DNA from: Candidatus Heimdallarchaeota archaeon
Lineage (GTDB): Archaea > Asgardarchaeota > Heimdallarchaeia > Heimdallarchaeales > Kariarchaeaceae
Direction of reading: 5' to 3'
Assembly: GCA_015523565.1 (NCBI GenBank)
Contig: WAKA01000198.1
Location: 1 to 19,925 of the forward strand
Length of the DNA stretch: 19,925 nt
Part shown: in pieces, positions 1-9,100 of the stretch
How positions within the stretch are numbered: position 1 is the stretch's first letter
Layout of the letters: every line of letters begins with the position of its first letter
Notes under the pieces: model-generated
The model's database searches: none
The model's input: the letters and a program-made list of their open reading frames with translations, nothing else
Told to the model about the DNA's origin: nothing
Made by a program: the position numbers and the translations under genes

Positions 1-7
1 ATATTTA

Positions 8-155
8 TTATGTTTCTTTGAAATGTTATGTGTTCTTTGAAGATATAATCAATAGATAACCTTTAATTAGCTAGTAAGATAGGTATTGATAGGAAGTCCG
101 TAGTAACACAAAAAAAGAAATGCTAAGATAATGGGACTTTCCAAATAAAGGGGTT
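8..155 (+). promoter_or_regulatory. Putative promoter and RBS region of the top6B-top6A operon
   Basis: AT-rich non-coding DNA with a TATA-like TTTAATTA at 62-69. An imperfect direct repeat TTATG(T/TG)TTCTTTGAA lies at 8-22 and 26-41, and GATAGG occurs twice at 78-83 and 88-93. An SD-like AAGGGGT at 148-154 precedes the TTG start at 163. Confidence 0.35.
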
Positions 156-162
156 ACAAAAA

Positions 163-3100
163 TTGGTGAAGACAAAAGAAAAACGTTCGGATTCAAAAGC
201 AAGATCTGCAAGCGCTGCAGTGTTCTTTAATGACAACAAAAGCATTGCTGGATTTGGAAACCCTTTACGGGCTGTTTTCACATCAATTCGTGAATTGGTG
301 GAAAATGCCCTTGATGCGGCAGAGAAAAGAAATGTAACTCCAAACATTTTGCTGCGACTCCGACGGATGACTGTCGATGAGGTATCCAATTTAATGGACA
401 TGGACTCAAGAAAGCTTTCCAACAAAAAACTTGACTTCCTTCAACTTTCCTGCCGGGATAACGGTGTTGGTGTGCCTCGTGAGTTAATCCCCCAACTTTT
501 TGGAACTGTCTTGGCAGGCACAAAATATGGCGCTCAACAAACTCGTGGAAGATTTGGTCTTGGAAGCAAAATGGTACTTCTATATTCCATGTCCACTTTG
601 GATTTGCCAATTCAAATTACAACTCGACCTATGGGCTCAAATGTTACTTATCGGGTCAAGTTGATGATAAATCTTGAGAAAAACAAGCCAATAATCATAT
701 CGGATGAAGAAATTCATGAAGGCGACCCTGAGTGGTTTGATGATTACGGAACAGAAGTCAAGGTATCTTTCACAGGAAATTGGGGACAAGCAAAAAATTA
801 TGTCCGTGAATACTTTAAACAATTGGCAATAATTACACCTTATGCAGATATGCATATTTTCCTTCCAGGTGATGAACCTGGTACTGAAGACGAATTGGTT
901 TTCAAAAGAGTGGTCGATGATCTTCCAAAACCACCAGAAGTTGTCCCTGTTCATCCTTGGGGGACGGACATTACCACGTTTAGAAGGGAAATGGCGCTTG
1001 CAGATCCCAATGATACCGTAGTCGAATTTTTGTCTAAAAATTTCATGGGTGTCACCCCTCAGGCTGCATTGGCATTCTTTGAAGAAGTTGGTGTTGATCC
1101 AAACAAAAAGCCCTCCGAACTGACTGAGAAAGATATACGCCGTATTGTGCATGATGGTTTTCAAAGGGCATTACGTGAAGCAAAAGAGGTAAAACGTAAA
1201 CGTGACAGGGTATTCAAGTTCGATGAACCCCGAGGTGATGCCCTTTCTCCTCTAGGGGCAGATAGACTCCGAAAAGGGATTGAGAAGGAACTTGAACCTC
1301 TTTTTGTTGAAGCAGTCACACGACCACCAAAAGCATATGAAGGACATCCATTTATCATTGAAGCCGCTATTGGATATGGGGGTGGCGTAAACAAGGCTGC
1401 ATCCTCTAAAGGGGTGACTGTCACAGACAATAAAGTCATCTACAGATATGCAAACAGAATCCCTCTAATTTTCGGTGCAGGAAATGATGTAATCACTCAA
1501 GTTGTCAACTCAATCAAATGGAATGAATATGGTCTGACGAGGCAGTCCGACCCATTGGCTATTGCCGTCTCCCTTGTCTCCACAAAAATACCATTCCCTG
1601 AAACATCAAAGGAATACATTGATAAGGTTGATGAAATTGCAGAAGAAATAAAGCTGGCATTGCATCAGTTGGGGAGAAAACTCAAGTCCTTCCTAAGTAG
1701 ATCCAGAAGAAAACAAAGAGAGCGTCAACGCCGTTCACGTTTCGAAAAGTATGCCCCAAAAACTGCCAGAAATCTTTTGGAAATACTTGCACGAGCAAAC
1801 CGATGGGATCCCGAAACAGGGGTGAAACCTGAACGCCTTATCGCAGCCCTTTCATCTGGTGAGCCAAGAATTGGACGATTTGACTTGCCAAGAGGTAAGT
1901 CTGTATTTATGGAACCTATATGGATGCCTGAAAAGTGGATCGAAAAATTGACACAAAATGAGATCTTCACTGTTGAGGATTTCTTGAGAACTCCAAACAA
2001 TAAATTAGCCAAAATATTGAGAAAAAAGGCAGATATAATTGACCAATATAAACGTCAGACTATCTTGATTTTCGGCGAATACGGCGATATCCCTAGTTTA
2101 CCTCTTGAGTTGCTTGTTCCTCCCGAAGTAGAGAAGAGATTTCATTCACGTGACGCAAATGTACAACTCCCCCATCTCTCAAAAGCGTTACCTCGACGTT
2201 GGATAAGGAATTCATGGGATTATTTGGTCACTCCTCCAAGTCTCTTGGATAAAGTCCAAGGATTGCTTCCTAAGTTAATTGAAGAAAAAAAGCTTGAATT
2301 GCTTTATGAAATCCAATCATTCAGGAAGAACCCTGTTGATGAAAATGTTGAGAACGTGCTTTCTCAACTTGAAAATTTTGAAAATGGTCAAGTCATAGAT
2401 TATAAAATAACCAATGAAGATATGGATACACTGGCAGAAATTATTACTCTTGAAAATGAGGAACCTGATCTTGAAGAACCTCAAACAGTTAAATTAGATC
2501 AAATCATGAAACCAGAAAACTTCCTTCCAACAGAGGAAGAATTGTTGGCTTTCCCTGACATTAAAAAACGAAAAGTCTCTGACTATATTGAGTTTCTTGT
2601 TGAAACAACCCATCCCTCAAATCCATTGAACGTTGATGCAATAGGTTCCGATCTAATAAAAATTTATGTGGAAAAGTTGAAACTGAAAAGTGAGGAATTT
2701 CCTGAAATTTTGGAACTTCGAATAGACACCCCCCAACCATGGCTGGACGGATATACCAGAAATGCGTTCAAAAGAAGAAAATTAGCTAAAATTAAAGATT
2801 TACTGGATTCTCCACAAGATATTGTCTTGGAAATCAAAGAATTCCAAAGATACATCTATGGAAAGCTAATTGATCTGTTTTTGTCATATGAAACCCCGCT
2901 GGACCCATTTTATGGAATGTCTGAGAATACTCATGAATTCTTCCCATTCCTTGAAAAATTAGGCATTGAAACATTGGAGGATTTGGCAACCATTAATTCC
3001 AATGAATTGGCAAAGCATCCCAAGATTGATCCATTACGAACTAAACTCTTTGAACAAAGTAAATCCCAACTTATATCTTATCTGATGGAAAGAAACAAAG

Positions 3101-6100
3101 TTAATTCTCTTCAAAATCTGAAGATTGTTCCTGCTGAGATCAAATCCTATATCCATGAGAATAATCTGGAAGACTTATACAGGTTCCTTTCAATCATCCC
3201 TAAAGACGAAAAGATCAAAGAATTGTTGTCGCCCTACAAGAAAAAATACAGCTACAAATTGGGCATGATTGGAAGTCCATATCAAAACTTATTGAAAAAA
3301 TACGGTATTTTTACTTTAGAGGAGTTTTATTATAATTTTGACACGATTTTCTCTTTCGTCACTGACTCCAATGACAAAGAGAAACTGTCTGATCTATTTG
3401 CAATTCTTGCAGAATCTGTTCACTTACTTTCCGAAGAATTAATTCCAAACCTTAATTTCCTTTATGATGCAGGAATTAATACTGTCGGAAAATTCTTGAT
3501 CTGGTCAAAAGAAGAAGTTTCTCGAATAACTGGCTTGTCTGAAGAATGGGTCTTGCTTATTGAAGAGGGCTTCAAAATTAAGACTATCACATTAAACAAA
3601 AAGAAGGATCCATTGATCAAAGACTGCACTATTTTCAATGAATTGGAAATTAATGCACTTCTCGCTTACGGGATTGAGAGGGTTGGACAATTGGCATCAA
3701 TCCTTTGGAAGGATTATTTGCCGCAATCCCTTTCTGGTTCTAAATTATTCAAGCATATGGAAATTAACGAACAGCTATATATGCCATTGGAAAAAATAGA
3801 ATCTTTCTTCAAGGATGACACTTTGAACAAAAACTTGAAGTCTGCCTTTTCCAAATTAACCAAAAAAGGCATTCATAATTTCAAGCAAATAATGGAAAGA
3901 CCCAACGCCCATATTTCATCAATGGTGACTGGCAAAAAGGCTAAAGAGGCAATAGATCTCTTTCTTTATCTCATTGATCATCCAGATCTAGAAGAAATCA
4001 ATAGTGACAGCCCGCTGTTCCAAGTATCCCAAATCTACAATGCAAAAAGGAAACTGGAATTGTCACTTGTTCACTTAAGCGAATTCACAAGTCCTGAGAT
4101 TGAAACATTGGGTAAAGAAGGTATTCGAACCATCTATCAGTTCTACCTATTGCCTATGTCCAAAAAAGAAAAAATACTCGGCATTTCAAGCAAAACAATC
4201 AAAAGCAAACTTCAAAGATCAACCCTTAAGCTTCATGGTACTCCAATTGCCATTGAGACCCAAAAAGGCAAATTCAGAAGTGCTTTTGAATTTGAAGTTG
4301 ACGGAATTTCACATTTTACCACCGTTGAAGTTGATTCATTGATACAGGCAGGATATGATACCATTGAAAAACTCTATTATCTCACTGACGTGAAAACATT
4401 CGAGGTATACGGCTTACAATGGAATGTCATTTCACAAATGAAATCATTGCTGAGGTCTCCTGCAATACTTCTTTCATGGAAACAAAAAATAATTGATGAA
4501 GCAACCTCAGATGAAAAACAGGAAAATGAGGAAGGCAAGACTGAAGAAACTCCTGAAAAATTCATTTACATAACATTGACTGCGGATGAACTTAAAAAAT
4601 TGTCAAAGGCTAAACTGACTAGGGTCTTTGACTTCCTAACTGCTCCTAGCGAATATCTTTCACAAATTTTGGGTTGGGACATTGAAAAAACAAAAGAAAG
4701 ACAAACAACGGCTATCTTGCAAGAAGTGGGAATTGAACTTGAATCTCTAAACCTCTTCAGACCAATACAGATTGAACATCTTAAACATGCAAATCTGTTG
4801 ACTGTGGAGGATCTCTATTTCTCCACTTTTGAGGAAAGCTGGTTTTCTGACCTTGTCCCATGGGAGGCGATTGCCACAATCAAAAAGCTATTGCAATTGC
4901 CTATTTCTTTTGCAGAAGAAGAATTGGGTGAAGAAATAATTGAAACACTTCAATCAAGTGGAATTAAGACAATAATTGATTTCTTGTTGACTGGGGATAA
5001 GATCCTTGAACAAAAAACATCCCTTCCAGCAGAAAGGTTTGAAAATCTGAAACATGCATTGGAGTTTTCATCACTTGTCGAGGCCTATGACAAGACAATA
5101 TTCTTCACACCAAATCTCAAATATTTTACTGCCAAAAAACTTCACCAGGCTGGAATTACAAAAATACTGGATCTATTGTCCACTCCCGTCTCTCAAATTG
5201 CCAAAATAACTGGACTGTCCAAGAATGAAATTAAAATCATTCTTGCAAACATTTCAAGAGAAACTGTCAATGAAGCAGAACAGGAAAACGGTATTCCTCT
5301 CAAGGACATTCGTCTTTTCTCAAAAAGTGAAATTCGAATAATCTCAAAATCGGGTGTGTTTGAAAGCAGTGATATCGACACTCTACAGGAACTGAAATTT
5401 CAACTCAAATCTAATTCATTCATAGATGACCCCCTTTTGGCGGCTCTTATCATGGATGCACAAAAAATACTGGATCTGAATTTGAAGTATTTCCCATCCA
5501 TTCCGACAGTACAACTTGAAAAGCTTGCAAGTGTTGGAATACAAACACTTTCCGATTTGCTTTTCGTTTCAGAGGAAGACCTTCCTGAAACCGATAAAGA
5601 AATTGATACACTGGTAACAAGATTAACCAACAGGTTTATCGATTTTAGACCATTTGTTGCAATGGAAAAAATACCTGCAAAAGCAATCTCTTCATCTGTT
5701 ATTGACGAATCAATTTTGGATGCATGGTTAAATAATCCCGAATTGTTGAACGCAGAAGCCCTAAGAAGATTGCCTTCCATGCTCTTGCTTGAATTTAATC
5801 AATCTCCTTTTGCAGAAGTCATTAAAACCCCACAAGAATTCATCGGTGAAGAAATTGTCGCCGAAATTCTGATCAGGTATGACCCAAATCAAGACACTTG
5901 GCTGATGCCCCTGTTTCAAAAATTCAATGAAGTGGGTTATCTAATTAATTTAAGCCAGATCTCCAATATCCCAATAACTGTTTTGAAACTTGATCCAATA
6001 AGTTTCAGGGCATTGATTAAGGCAAATCTTGTCAGCGTTGAAGAACTAATTCTTAGGGATCCCTATGAACTCTCTGAAAAAACCGGTCTTTCACTTAGGT

Positions 6101-9100
6101 TCTTTAGAGATCTAAAAGAAGATTTCTCAACTCACAAATATCGGGAAATTTTTGAAAAAATTGCCCTGCCAATACACTTGATACCTGACAATGAGGTGTT
6201 GCAACACCTTGAAAATGTAGGTATTCGATTTTTGGATCAGGTACTTCTCTATTCATCATCCAATGATGAACATATAAAGAGGATTTATGATTTCCTGTTT
6301 TCTGGAATTCTATTTCTTTCAGCATTTCCAGGTGAAATGGAACTTGCCTTGGAAGGGAAATCAAAAAACATTATTGAAGGAATACTTTATCTACGAAATC
6401 AAGGTCTGGAATTGGATATACTTAAAGATATTGTAAATCTTGGATGGTATTCTTGGTCTAACCTTGCAATTCCATTGCAAATAAATAATGAATGGACTGA
6501 ACAAAATCATGTATATTCAGTTCAGGATTTGCTCTATTATGTATTAAATGAAACTGTTCCTGAAAATATAATGTCTCATGTCTCTACATACTTCGATAGT
6601 CCCTTATTCCTTCCACTAAATGGGTCTCTGCTTGTTGATCTAGTCTACACCTATCGTTGTTTTTCAATTGTCCAAATATTCAGTAATCCCCTCCTTATTT
6701 CACTGTTGCCTGCTGATTTAAGAAAAAACATCAAAGAAACCCCTCCAAAATTAGTTAAGGAAGTCACTCTTGGAGTCGATCTTTTCAACAATATTTCAAG
6801 TAACGTATGGAGGTTCCTCAAAAAAGAAAATGAAAAAATCACTGTCCAAGAAATAATATCATCTCCAAGATTTCTCTCCAATTACAAGGGCATTCGCCAA
6901 TCAATTCTTAAATCTGCAAGAGATGCCCTAAAAGTTCCATTAAGCAGGATTGTGCATGAAAATGGCAGGTTGTCACATACTTATTCCAGTGTTTGGCTTG
7001 ATGAATTGATTTTCTTGTTGCCTTCCCTTTACACCAGTGATGAAGAAAGAGAGAAAATAAAACAAATCATCTCAATATTGAATGGAAAATTCAGTCTTGT
7101 TGCTGAACCTCAATTCAATGAGGATGTCATGTCAATTGTCTCAACTGCATTTGGTGAAAAGATAACTGGATTCCATCAATTTTGGGCAGTTTCTTGGTCG
7201 AAGGCAAAAGCCATCAGAAATTCGAACACCGAATTTGCTAAATTTGTACAGGGAATCATCAATAAGGCATTCCTCTCACTTTCATCAATCGTTGAAATTT
7301 CCAAAGAGGAAGTCTGGAATTTCTGGAAACTTGGGATCATTACAATTGCAGACCTTTTGCTGACCCCTCCTGAGTCCTTGTCAACTCCATACTTCTCAAA
7401 AAGACGACTCAAGGAAATCCAAGAATACGCAATGAATTTTATCTGTTCTTCTGATATTTCTGAAGAATTACCTGCAATTGATGTGTCCTTAATGGAAGAA
7501 CTTACTTTCATTGAAAAAGACGGCTTTGCAAAATTGCCTTTGCTTTATGCGACAACTTCGCATCCATTGGGGCGAAAATTCCATTCCTTCAACCAAATAC
7601 ACTTTACTTTGGCCCAACCGATTTATTTGACCAAACTGGCAGAAGTCTTATCCCTTGAAGAGGTTAAATCCTTATTCAAGCTACGGATTGTCTCACTGAT
7701 TGACTTGTTGGTTTACAATCAAACTGAAAGACTTCCAAACAAACTTCAGGATTTCAGTAAAAGAATTAAATTTGTCTCTGAAAATATATTGCCAATTAAA
7801 CAGGAAATTCAAATCAATCACCTTTCACCTCCAGACAAATTATCCCAGTTCTTCAAGGAGAACGAACTTAATTCTGTTACTGATGTGATTGAGTATTATT
7901 CCATCAATGAGGATTCATTTGGTGCTGAATTAATATATGCAAATCTAAGATATCTTCCTTTCAATCCAAAAACAAAAATGGAACTGAAAAATGCAGGTAT
8001 AAAATCGCTGATGGATATTCTGTTAATCCCTCCCTCTAAAATTGAAGACATATTCAACTATTCTGATTTCATTGAGCAACTATCTCTTAGACATGTTTCC
8101 AATGAAATAGAAAAAACCCCTCTGAAAATCAAGGAACTCGACAACTTAAGCTCCAAAGGTATTGAACGACTGTTATCAAATCACTATATTTCTGTTATGG
8201 ACATTGAAAACATTCCAAAAGGTCTTAGCAAAGCAGACGAGAAAATATTGTCAAAAATACTTGATGTCTTAAAGCTCCCAGCATATGTATTGCTGCATCT
8301 TAATGAATTTAATGAATTTGCTTCATTTTTGTTAAACATTAAAGACAATACCATTCAGGATATTATTGACCGATTAGTTGAAACCCCTGAACAACTGCAA
8401 GAAAAACTGAAACAAATAGACAATGAAATGCTCAATTCAATACCCAGTAACCTGAGACCATTGAACATGTTGGAGGCAATTAAGGCTCCAGAAGCTAGAA
8501 AACTTAATGCAAACGGTATTTTCATGTTTAACGAGCTATTGAAGAATAAACCAATTGTTGTCCAAATTCTTGGTGAAACTGCATATTCCGAAATTGAAAG
8601 AAGTCTGAAAGCTCCTGTTACAAATATCGTCAATCTTCCAAAAGAAATATTGGAAAAGTCTAAAAATATGGGTATAACAACCGTTGCAGACTTACTTGAC
8701 GATCCAAGGTCCAGGAACGAATTTGAAGATATTACACTCGTAATTGCCAAAGAAATTAAAATTAAAGACCTCTTTGATTCTGCATTGACAGAAGCTTTGG
8801 AGAAAATAAATGTCTATACTTTTTCAGATCTCATGGAAAATACAGATATTTCTGGACTTGGAGAAAATGGACTGAAAATTGTTCAACTGCTAAATCTCAA
8901 CATTGGTAGGCTAAAGTCTTTTAATTCACAATGGGTTAAACAACTGGCCTCAGAGAATATCTTTCGCGTTTGGCAGTTCCTCACCACTGATGAAGGACAC
9001 ATGGCAGATATTCTTGGAAAGAATGTCAGTTCAATCCGACAATTCAAAGAAAGCCTTACCCTGAAAGAATCCAATTTGAATTTAACACCAAACCCGTTGT

